From Leucoraja ocellata (Eukaryota): a stretch of DNA of 64,000 bases. Position 1 is the first letter of the stretch. Every line of letters begins with the position of its first letter. Under the pieces are notes generated by a model that was given only the letters and a program-made list of their open reading frames with translations, did no database searches and was not told the origin of the DNA. The DNA lies in contig JAWMAR010000533.1 of NCBI GenBank assembly GCA_036785375.1, positions 682,001-746,000 of the forward strand. Direction: 5' to 3'. Below are positions 48,680 through 59,410 of the stretch, piece by piece. The position numbers were made by a program, and so were the translations under genes.

Positions 48680-49482
48680 ATATAATTAAAAGTCTCATCT
48701 TGACCACTTCCTGTTTGCACTGTGCTTTGACTTTAGAAAAAACGCTACCACATTTGGCTGTGATTTTTTGGCCATCTTACTCAGAGTTCTCCTCCGCTGC
48801 GCTGGCCCCGAGGATTTTTCCCATCGATGAAAAGTAAAAGACTTATTAGTGTTTGAAACATCTTGAGATTCTCTCTCCTGTCAATCACCGCCATGAAGGC
48901 CACGCACCTTCTGGTGGGAGGGGGAGGGACTATAAAACCCGGAACTGTGGGAGTGGCTCAGTCTGTCTGCAAGATGGTGAGGGAGAGGTCACAACTCTCT
49001 GTCTGAGCTGGCAAACTACAGAACACTGTGAGTATGCAATGTATTTGAATAAATGATTTGTTAGCCCTTAATGACTTGTTAGCCCTTAGTGAAAATGTAA
49101 TCAGCTGATTGGCTTGAGCCTGCCCTGTACTTGAAAGTGCAATGGCAATGGAAATGAAGTGAAAATGCAATCAGCTGTTTGGCTTGGCCTGCCCTGTGCT
49201 TGAAACTGCAATGGCAATGAAAGTGAAATGAAAATGCAATGAGCTATTCGGCCTGCCCTGTGCTTGAAACTGAAATGCTGTAGGAAATGAAATGAAATGA
49301 GTTGTTTGGCCTGACTGAAACCACTAATTTCGGCCCACAAGGTCCCTATTAGCCGTGAATTCAGTCCCTTTTGCCCAAAATTCCCATAGGAGGAGCATTT
49401 TGGCCCAAAAGGCCCGTGCCAGGCCAGGACAAGTCCAGAAAAAGTGCCTTTCACTGAGATTTCACTCAGATTTTTTTTTAAA
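48680..49482 (+). mobile_element. Non-autonomous repeat (Helitron/Helentron-like, uncertain) with internal tandem repeats of about 70 bp
   Basis: Abrupt compositional junction after the Rex1 3' UTR. Three to four copies of ATCAGCTG.TTGGC...GCCTGCCCTGT(A/G)CTTGAAA.TGCAATGGCAATG..AAATG at 49098-49320. No TIR or TSD recognised. Confidence 0.55.
48898..48983 (+). promoter_or_regulatory. Candidate RNA polymerase II core promoter inside the repeat
   Basis: GC-box-like GGGAGGGGGAGGG, TATAAAA at 48931-48937, ETS-like CCGGAA, Inr-like TCAGTC with A at 48960 (29 nt after the first T of TATA), and YY1-like CAAGATGG at 48970-48977. Confidence 0.5.
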
Positions 49483-49489
49483 GAGTGGT

Positions 49490-52289
49490 CATTTGATCTA
49501 TTCTTGTTTCTCATCTAGTTCCTAATAAATGTTAGCATTTTGTATCCTGCTGACGACCTCAGCTGTCTTGCCTATAATTCCCTGTGAGGGGTGAATTTGC
49601 AGTGGTTAGAAGGAGACTAAAGGCAGCCCTGTAACTGGTAGGTGGAAATAAACTTGGAGCAGGAAGGGTCCAACATTTCCGTGAAGGGTGCAGATAGACA
49701 ATCTCTCCCTACAAGAAAAATACACAAGGTTAAAAAAAAATAAACTTGTTTTTCTCCAGCCTTTCACTCATCCCTATATGTTTACATGAAGGTGTTAGTG
49801 GAAGTTATTTTTGTTTGGGGTAGAAAAGGGTGGGAAACCAATGGGTTAATCTGTTGCTCCATTTTATTTATCGCTGTGTTAAAATTTGCACAACTCTTTT
49901 ATATAAATTAAAATTTCTATCACTTAAGTTTAGTTAGAGGGATTTACTTCACGCAGCAAGACCGAACATTTTTAGGGCATGTATTTTATCAACCATTTGC
50001 TCTCAAAAACATAATTATGTAATATCTGAGGATGCTACAGGGAACAGTAGCTCACAAAATGGATCAGATGCATTGGAAAAGACTGAATACAAGGTGCAGG
50101 GTGAAGGATAAAGAGGAAATAATAGGGAGCTAAAAATAAAAGCTGGTTTAAAAAGAGAGCAGAGGTAGTGAGAGGCATATTCAAACATAAGCTTCAATCA
50201 ATTCACCTAATAAGATGAATAAATAATCTAATTTTATACAGATAGAGAACATAAAGAATTACAGGGGGGGGGGGGGAATTAACATTGGGACCACAATAAG
50301 GTGTAACAATTAAACTTGAATATCTGCACCTGACTCAATATTAACTAAATATGACCATAAGCAGTAATTGCATGGAATTACTACATGGAATCTCTTTTCA
50401 AAAATAAGTGGGTCTTCCGAAGTGCCAAAGCACAATAAAAGCTGAGTACCACATCAAATGACAGTGGAGGCCAATTCACTGGATGTTTTCAAGATAGTTA
50501 GATTTAGTTCTTAATGCTGAATCAAGGGATATGGTGAAAAAGCTGGAACGGGGTACTGATTTTGGATGTTCAGCCATGACCATATTGAATAGTGATACTG
50601 GCTCAAAAGGCTGAATGGCCTACTCCTGCACCTATTTTCTATGTTTCTATATTTCCATGAATAGGCTCTATGGCCCACAATGTTTGTGCTGAACATAATG
50701 CCAAGTTGCACTGATCTCATCTGCCTGATCCATATGATATGATCCATATCCCTCCATTTCCTCCACTTCCATGTGCCTTTCTAGAAGCCTCTTAAACGCC
50801 ACTATCATATTTGCCTCCACCACCACCTCTGGCAGCTTAGCAACCCTAATATGTACTGAAATTTCACTACTCCCATTTTTCCCCTTTTCATATTTAGCCA
50901 CAGAATAGTCTTAGTTTAATATATATTGATTCATCCACATTCTTGGTTTCCAAATTGACCTTTATGATTGTAACATAATAAGTGAAAATGTTAATTAATT
51001 TAATTCCCTTCAAAGTCATCATCATAATAATATTCTTAATTGATGGTATTATTGTGTTTTGGCACTGCTTGCTTTTGAAAATAAATCCACAGACAGCAAT
51101 TCCATTCAACCTGTGCTAAAAGTTATGTGTTTAGAGTTAAGTGTAAATATTCAGTAATATTTAGTTGTGACACCTAATTGTGGTCCCTATGTTGATTTTT
51201 ATTCTGTTGTTCGTCTTGTTAGATGAATGTATTGATTGAATCTGATGTTTGAATATGCATTTCACTAACTATGCTCTCTTTTTAAACCAGCTTTTAATGT
51301 AGGTTTGCTATTATCTATATTTGGTCTTTATCTTTCCCCTGTGCCTTGTATCTCACTGTCTTTTCAACTGCATCTAGTCCTGCATGTGAGCTACTGTTCC
51401 CTGTAGAATACTTGGATAATACTTAATTATGTTTATTGACAGTAAATGGGTGATTAAATATATACCTTAAAGATGTCCTCTCTTGTGGTTCTGAGTAAAT
51501 CTATTTAACTAACGTTAAGTCACAGAAAGTTTAATTTATGTAAAACAGTGGTGCAAATTTGACACAGCAATAGAATGAAGCAGAAGATTCATCCATTGGT
51601 TTCCTGCCCCTTTCCACCTTTCATCAAAAATAACTTTCACTAAATCTTCCATGAAGAGGTATAGGGATTAGAGAAAGCCTAACGGGAGACATATTTCTTT
51701 TTTGACATTATTATATTTTACTTGCAAAGGCAGGAATGCCAATCTGAGCTCTACAAGGAAACGTGGGACCCCAAGTGGCGGAGTAACTCAGTGGCTCAGA
51801 CAGCATTTCTGGAGAACATGGCAAGGTGACGTTTGGTTTCGGGAGAAGGGTCCTGAGATGATGTTTGACCCGCTGAGTTACTCCAACTTGTTGTATCTTG
51901 CTCCAGAGCTGCTGCCTGACCCACTGAGTTACTCTAGCAATTTGTGTCCTTTTATGTAAACCAGTCCCTTGTCCCGAGTTTACTTCCCATTACCAGGTAC
52001 AGGGTTGTCTTCAATCTCCTTCTAACCAATGCAAATGCATCCCTCGCAGCGAAATATACAACAAATTGTTAGATATAGCTCTTAGGACCAACGGAATTAA
52101 GGGATATGGGAATAAAGCAGGAACGAGGTACTGATTTTGGATGATCAGCCATGATCATATTGACTGGCTCAAAGGGCCGAATGGTCTACTCCTGCACCTG
52201 TTTTCTATGTTTCTATGTTTCTAATATCAGCAGGATAAAGAACGCAACAAATAATTAAGACGGAAATGAGGAACAGAATAGATTAAATG
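49490..52289. repeat. Long diverged inverted repeat (arms about 49490-50458 and 51030-52289), interrupted by younger TE insertions
   Basis: Perfect complementary anchors 50035-50056/51385-51406 (22 nt), 50137-50161/51272-51296 (25 nt) and 49603-49616/52015-52028 (14 nt), with collinear similarity between them. Confidence 0.92.
50461..50840. mobile_element. Two CR1 3' fragments inserted in the spacer of the long inverted repeat
   Basis: Plus copy 50461-50650 ends TTTTCTATGTTTCTA. Minus copy at about 50668-50840 (LPEVVVEA..AFKRLLERHM). Confidence 0.8.
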
Positions 52290-54271
52290 CCCAATCAAGC
52301 TGCTCCTTAATTCAAAGAGATGGAAATATAGTTATCAGGCATTTGGAAAATAATAATGTCCTTGAAAATAGTCAGTGATTGACAAAGGAGGGTGGATGAT
52401 AAACAATGGTTGGCTTCGAAGGATATTCTCACCAAAAAAACCATTGAGAAGTAAAAACTCACTAAGAAGGATGATCCATCCTTGCCCAACTGAAGATTGT
52501 GTCAAACTGAAAAGAAAAAGAAAAGGCATATGAAGTTGTGGGTTAATTGAAAGGTTAGAGGATTGGATAAAATGTACAAACCAGCTGAGGTTAACAAAAT
52601 CTCACAAAGAGAAAATCAAATTTGAAAATAATTTATGAAAATATATAAAAACACAAAAGAATTTACACAGGTGCTCAATAATGTCGAAGAGACCAAAAAT
52701 AAATATTAGTCTCTTAGGGGATGAGTCTCGAGCATCGATAATGGGAAAATAAGGAAATGGCAAAGAATTCGAACAAGGTTTTGGTTTTGCATTCCCAGAT
52801 GGGGAAGACACCAAAAGCCTCTCAATAACATTTGAAAACCAGAAGATGAAAAGATAAAACAAAAATTCTGGGCAGACAATACAATACTGTTTATTGTCAT
52901 TTGACCCTCAAATGAAGTTCAAACAAAATTTGGTTTCTGCAGTCATACATAAGAAAAAAAACCCAAGACACACAATTAACACAAACATCCATCACAGTGA
53001 ATCTCCTCCTCACTGTAATGGAAGACAAAGTCATTGTCTCTCCTCTGTTTTCCATTCTCCTCCCAACTAATGAGGATAAATGCTGACAAGTCTGCCAGAT
53101 ATGGTAACCTGCATCAGAGAACCTTAAAACAGTGGCAGCAGAGAGAGTGCTTGCATTGCTTTGGATTGCAAATTTCCCCACTCACCCAGCAGATTGGAAA
53201 ATTGCAAATATAATGCTCCCACTCAATAAAGCTGGAAGACAGAATGTAGGAAACTTTGGCCAGATAAACCATGCTCTAACATTGAGAAAACATCCCGATT
53301 CATTATTGAAGAAGTAGTGAAAAGACATTTAAAAAGTCAAAGCATGATCAAGCTGATCAAGGGAGGGGAAGGAGCATAAGCGAGCAGCTGGGAATGGTGA
53401 ATTATAACTGGGAAATGGAAAAATACTGGTTGGACCCCATTAGACAGTCAGCGACATGAAGTGAAGGGTGAAGATGGGGTTGCAGGAAATTGGGTAAAAC
53501 TTTGCTTCTGAAAATAGAGGATTGCCATCTGCAGTGTTCAGGCTGGCAGGTCAATGACAGGTAGTAATGATCTTATCTCTGGGATGGCAAAGGGAAGGTG
53601 AGAATGGTGTGGTGTGCAGGGCAAAGGATCAGTACACTTTAAATTGTTCCTCGTGTGAAGATGAGTGGTAGGATGGGAGGGGTGGGGGGGAAGAACATGG
53701 GTTAGGGTAGAGTTAATGTAAGAATGGCTGCTTGGTGGTCAGGGTGCACCCAGATGACCAAAGGACCTGCTTCTGTAGATTTATAACAAGAGCCTCATGT
53801 ATATTTGTGGCTAATACAGACATTGTCTAGCAGAGCAAATGTTCCACAATTTATTGGATAAGAAGTAAATGTTTGATAAACATTCACATAACTGCTGTTT
53901 GTCTCTTTTAACGTGTTATTTTAATTTATTGTTCTTTAAAGTTGTATTCCTGTCTTAATATGTGTTCCATTAGCTCAATATTAATCAGTAGAAAGATGCA
54001 GCATCAGAATGTTAATTCTGTGTAGGAAGGAACTGCAGATGGTGGTTTGAACTGAAGGTAGTCACAAAGAGCTAGAGTAACTCAGCAGGTCAGGCAGCAT
54101 CTCTGGAGAAAAGGAATAGGTGAGCACTTGTTCACATATCAGAAATGTCAACAGTGGTATGAGCTGTAAAGAACGGCCAGATCTCTTTCCAAGCAGATCC
54201 CAATCATGGAAAACAATGGAACCATTTATTGAGAAAGTGATAACAAGACACTTGGAAAATGATTGATTGAT

Positions 54272-54522
54272 TGATTGCTTGAAAGATACAGGGTGGAAGG
54301 AGGCCCAGTGTCACATCCACTCTCTACACACTCAGGGTTAATTTACAGAAGCCACTTAACCTGCAGCCACTTACATCTCTGTGACGTGAGAGGAAACCAG
54401 ATTGCCCAGAGGAAAACCCACACATGTAAACTCCACACAGACAGCACCCGAGGTCATGATCGAACCTGGGTCTCTGGCACTGTGAGGGAGCAGCTCTATC
54501 AGCTGTGTCACTGTGCTGCCCA
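54272..54522 (-). mobile_element. Older V-SINE
   Basis: AAACTCCACACAGACAGCACCCGAGGTC.GATCGAACCTGGGTCTCTGGC, with (GATT)n tail. Confidence 0.8.
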
Positions 54523-56234
54523 GGTACCAGTAATATGATTCATTGAAGATAAATTATATTTAACAAATCAGTCAGAATATTTTGAGATTGTCACTAGCAG
54601 AAAAGTATGGGTGATAGTACGGGTATCAGTGGTTCACAAAAAAGCTGGAGAAACTCAGCGGGTGCAGCAGCATCTATGGAGCAAAGGAAATAGGCAACGT
54701 TTCGGGGTATCAGGGGTTATTGGGAGGAGGCAGGAGAATGGGATAAGGAGGGAGAGATAGATCAGCCATGATAGAATGGCAGAGTAGACTGGATGGGCCT
54801 AATGACCTAAATTCTGCTCCTATCACTTAGGAACTTATGAACTTATGAAAAATTATTAATTCATTGATCTGGTTTATTTTAGGTCTGAAGGCCTTCAAGA
54901 ATATGCCAACAGAGACTATTCAGCAAAAGTAGAGCACATGATTTTGAAGGTCACGTACTACATGGTTTGAAAGTTGGTTAAAAGGGAACTGTGATGCAAG
55001 CAGTTAGATGTCTGTAATATGGGGTGCTGCAGTGCCGGGGTCCAAGCCACCTGCAAACTGTATCAGTCCTTTGGATGAGTGTGTCGTGCAATATATGAAA
55101 ATCAAATCAAATACTGCAGATGCTGAAAATCTAAAATGGGAGTAATATACCCAAGTTTGTGTAGAAAGGAACTGCAGATGCTGCTTTATATCGAAGATAG
55201 ACACAAAGTGCTGGCTAATATAACCAAGTTGCTTGTTATATAACAGCTGGCTGGCAGCATGAGCATTGAGGAGGGTTCACGGAGTCCTCAGGGGGATAGA
55301 GATCAGTTGTGGCAAGAACACGGCAGATGGAATAAATTGTGGAAAAAATGTTCTATCATCTACTGTCTTGGTTAAATAAGGAAGGAAGAGTACTGTTGTT
55401 TTAAATGATGAGAGGTTGGAAACAGATGGTATTCAGAATGCCTTGCCTTTCCCTGGATATATGTTGTGCTTAAGGCAAGTAATAAGGTAATTTTTAGATT
55501 CAAGTAACTGCAGAGGCTGGAATCTGGTGCTTAACACAAAGTGCTGCAGGAATTCAGTGGGTCTGGGGAAGGAATGGATAGGTGACTTTTCGGGTAGTCA
55601 TCTTACTTCATATTGATTGTAGAAGGAGGGAGAAAGTTGGAAAAGATAGGTAGGGTTGGGACAAAGCCTGGCAAGTGATAGATGGATGCAGGTGAGGGGA
55701 AATGTTTGGCAGATGGGTTGAGTAAGTGTCAAATGCTAGGGTTACAATAAACAATAGACAATTGGTGCAGGAGTAGGTCATTCGGCCCTTGACTCTGCTA
55801 TCTTTAAGAGCTCTATCTAACTCTCTCTTGAGAGTTAGTTGAAATGAAGAGATAAATTGAGAAATGGAGGAGTGAAATATAAAGCCAGTGGGATGGGCTA
55901 TACAGTGTACAGTGGCCTTTATTGTGTGATGATTTGTGTGCTAAACAAGAGATGTTTTGTTCCAATTATATAGGGCTCTGGTAAGACTGCATCCAGCATA
56001 TTGTATACAGATCTAGGGAAGGACATGCTTGCAATAAAGAGGATACAGCCATGTTTCCTCAGATTAATTCCTGAGATTGTGGCCTTGCTATTTTTTGAGG
56101 ATAAATTATAACCTGTACTGTCTTGCTATACTCGACTGCATTTAGCACTGAGATGAAATAATTTTCTTCATCAACAGGGCCATGCATCTTTGAAATTCAC
56201 TGTCTAAAAGGGCTGTGGAGCCAACTCAGTCATT

Positions 56235-56961
56235 ATATAGGCAGACCACAGGAGGCAGTCATACCCCCATCCATATAAACGGGACTGAGGTGGAGCGCGT
56301 CTCCAGCTATAAATTCCTCAGAGTACATATCTCGGAGGATTTGTCCTGGTCCCTCAACACCTCCAAGCTGATCAAAAAGGCACAGCAGCGCCTTTACTTC
56401 CTGAGGAGGCTCAAGAAAGCCCACCTGTCCCCCCGGATCCTGACCAACTTTTACCGCTGTACCATAGAGAGTATCCTGACCACCTGCTTCACGGTATGGT
56501 ACAGCAGCTGCACTGCTGCGGACAGGAAGGCACTGCAACGGGTGGTGAAAACCACGCAGCACATCATCGGTGCCCCGCTCCCTGCCATGGATGCCCTCCA
56601 CCGAAAACGGTGTCTGAGACGGGCTGGGAAGATCATCAAAGACCCCTCACACCCCAACCATGGACTGTTTGCCCTCCTCCCATCAGGGAGGCGGTACAGG
56701 AGCCTCAGGTCACGTACTAGTAGGATGAGGAACAGCTTCTACAACAATACAATCACATTGCTGAACTCGGAGTCCCGCCGATAGATTTCTCCGGTCCCTC
56801 CATCCCCATTGTTTAATTATTCTGTATTTTATGATTATTCTGTATCTTCTCTCTTTCTATTTTTTTTATTTCTTTATGCACAACTACTACGGACTGACGC
56901 AAAACTGCATTTCGTTGTACTCATACTTGTATTTGTGCGATGACATTAAAGTTGAATTGAA
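56235..56961 (+). mobile_element. Rex1-type LINE 3' fragment with 3' UTR
   Basis: ORF 56215..56784 ([50 protein letters not shown]). Tail ATTTCGTTGTAC...TGACATTAAA GTTGAATTGAA. Confidence 0.9.
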
Positions 56962-58335
56962 TATATTCACAACAGAGATCTATAAATGATAAATATTTTG
57001 GAAATCAAAAGATGTGTGGATAGAGCGGTTAATGGTGCTGGGGTAAAAGATCAGCAATGAACTTATTAAATGGTGGAGAAGGTAACAAGGGACTGATAAG
57101 CTTTCTACTGCCTCTACTTAATGTAATTTTTTGTCCTTAATTCCAGAAAGGAAAATCAAAAGTTATTTCTCAGTGAAGGGAAAGATATTGTTCCCAGTTT
57201 TTAAAAACCCCCCACCGTAGAATAAGAACATTTAAAACGCTCTGTTGGATTACAAGTTATGAAACATTTTCAACTAATGGCTTGAGGTGATTCATGTGAG
57301 AGCTATCACCACATACCATGAGCACTCTTCATGTATTAAATGCTTCTCTAATTTATTGGCCCTGTTAATAAATTCTAATCTGTCAGATACTGAGCAGTTT
57401 ACGTTCCATGCTGAGCAGTTGTTTGATCACCATTATAGATTGGCATGACCACCTTGTACCCATCATGAGCTAAGAAATATCACCCAAGAATTCATGCTTA
57501 CCTTCAATCACATGCATCTGCAAAAATACCAACAACTTACTTAAAATGATCCAGACCTACAATTGAAAATGTCTGACTAATTGACTTGTAAGAGAGATGT
57601 TGGTGCTTTGCATGCATCCGTTTTCACCTTTCCCCAATCAGCAGCAATGATCAGCAATGCTTTAGACTGTCAAAGACCTTAGCATGGAAATTCTCTGCCA
57701 TCGTCTCTCCAACTGGAGATCTGAAGGATGATTTTCACACAGAGGATGGAGGCTATCTTGAATGAGCTGCCAGAGGAGATAGTGGTGGAAGGCACAATTA
57801 CGATGTCTGAAAGGTGAAATGCCGGCTAATGGGATTAGTGTCAAGAGGCATCACAGTTGGCAAAGACAAGCTGGTCCATTTCCTTGCTGAATGATTCTGA
57901 TTCTATGATACCACACTCTCTTCCTTAATGTGCTGGAGCTATAGAGTTATACAGCACAGAAACAGGCCCCTTGACCCAATTTGTCTATGCTGATGAAGTT
58001 GCTTTCCTGGTCCCATTTGCCTGCATTTGGCCCAAATGCCTCTAAACATTTTCTATTTAATTATTTTAATCAGGGTTTATACTGTATCTAAACCTGTCCA
58101 AATATATTTAAAACATATTTAAACATTACTATTTAAAACCTAACCATATGATCCCATGTTAGTGCATGTGTCCTAATTTTGTATCATGGCTCAGAGTGCA
58201 ATTCTGTTTGATAACTGTTTCTGAGAAGAAGCTCAGATTATGAGGAAACAAAGAACTGCAGATGCTGGTTAATACACTAAATGACACAAAGTGCTGGAGT
58301 AACTTAGCAGGTAGACAAAAAATGTTGGAGAAACA

Positions 58336-58411
58336 GCGGATGCAATAGATGAGGTTGGAGGAAGTGCAGGTGAACCTCTGCCGCACCTGGAAAGACTGCT
58401 TGGGTCCTTGG
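58336..58411 (-). pseudogene. Penelope GIY-YIG endonuclease fragment
   Basis: QGPKQSFQVRQRFTCTSSNLIYCIRC (CxSxNxIYxIxC, the start of the Penelope GIY-YIG domain), joined to the same terminal repeat (58243-58335). Confidence 0.8.
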
Positions 58412-58520
58412 CCATGCACTCAGTTCACTCCTGCCATTGGGAAGAAGATGTAGGAGCCTGAGAACTGTAATGCCCAAGTTCAGGAACAGCTTCTTCCCAT
58501 CAGCCATCAGGCTATTAAAC
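58405..58520 (+). mobile_element. Short Rex1-type 3' ORF fragment
   Basis: LLPLGRRCRSLRTVMPKFRNSFFPSAIRLLN. Confidence 0.75.
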
Positions 58521-58526
58521 ACAAAA

Positions 58527-59410
58527 CTTAGGCGATTTTTGAGGCGTCTGCNNNNNNNNNNNNNNNNNNNNNNNNNNNNNNNNNNNNNNNNNNNNNNNNN
58601 NNNNNNNNNNNNNNNNNNNNNNNNNNNNNNNNNNNNNNNNNNNNNNNNNNNNNNNNNNNNNNNNNNNNNNNNNNNNNNNNNNNNNNNNNNNNNNNNNNNN
58701 NNNNNNNNNNNNNNNNNNNNNNNNNNNNNNNNNNNNNNNNNNNNNNNCAGGACAAGCGGGGGGAGCGCTGTATGAAATTCACACGGTGCAAAACCAAGGT
58801 GATACAGTCTCACACCGCGATGAACAGGAAGGTTGGCACTGTAATTAAGACGGCTAAAGCACAGTGTAGGGTAAGTCCTTTAAAAGAGGGAAGGGAGGGG
58901 GAGAAGGAGGGAGAAGGAGGGAGAATGAGGGAGAAGGAGGGAGAAGGAGTGGAGTCAACTGTTAAGAAGCCAGACAACATTTAAGAAGCCAGAGATACAC
59001 AGCTGTGAAATTCGGCAGACATTAACATTACCGGTCGGTTATCCTTGGTTCTGAAAACTACTGCTTATGTTTTTTTTTATCCCCAATGAGCCAATGATAT
59101 TCACAATGATATCCTTGTGACAGCTCCTAACATTTGTCAGCACCGGCTCCAACCTACCAGAACCTAAGAGAACCTTCGACCTCCTGGCAACCCATTAGGA
59201 CCTCCTTGCGACCCACCTTAGGCTCGAGAATTCTCGCTACTCTCCATGGTGGCTTAATTCTCGGTGACCATAATGAGGCCGTGACTAGTTCCAGAATGTG
59301 GGAACTCCTCACGACCATGAAGGTGACTCCCCGGCAACCACCCACGAACATGTGGCGACTGCAAAGTCTTATGCAGACACCTAAAAAGTCGCCTAAGTGG
59401 GACAGGCCCA
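58527..59410. mobile_element. Harbinger-type MITE containing an N-gap
   Basis: Left CTTAGGCGATTTTTGAGGCGTCTGC is inverted against right GCAGACACCTAAAAAGTCGCCTAAG-TGGGACAGGCCC. Confidence 0.85.
58552..58747. other. Assembly gap (196 N)
   Basis: Run of N. Confidence 1.

Larger units (their letters stand above)
52400..57125 (+). mobile_element. Highly degraded long CR1 LINE fragmented by many later insertions
   Basis: Collinear ORF2 remnants: PADWKIANIMLPLNKAGRQNVGN (53132..53317), pieces at about 54200-54270, 54540-54600, 54850-54990, 55200-55500 and 55900-56090 (TATAGGGCTCTGGTAAGACTGCAT, YRALVR.H), and a 3' UTR at about 56960-57125. Confidence 0.6.

Noticed and set aside
49098-49320. CRISPR-like or ncRNA array
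   Set aside because: A degenerate head-to-tail minisatellite of about 70 bp inside a repeat, with no unique spacers.
49511-49520. CTAG|T as the Helitron 3' terminus of the 48680 repeat
   Set aside because: This position already aligns with the right arm of the long palindrome and no subterminal GC hairpin is present, so the Helitron end is not supported.
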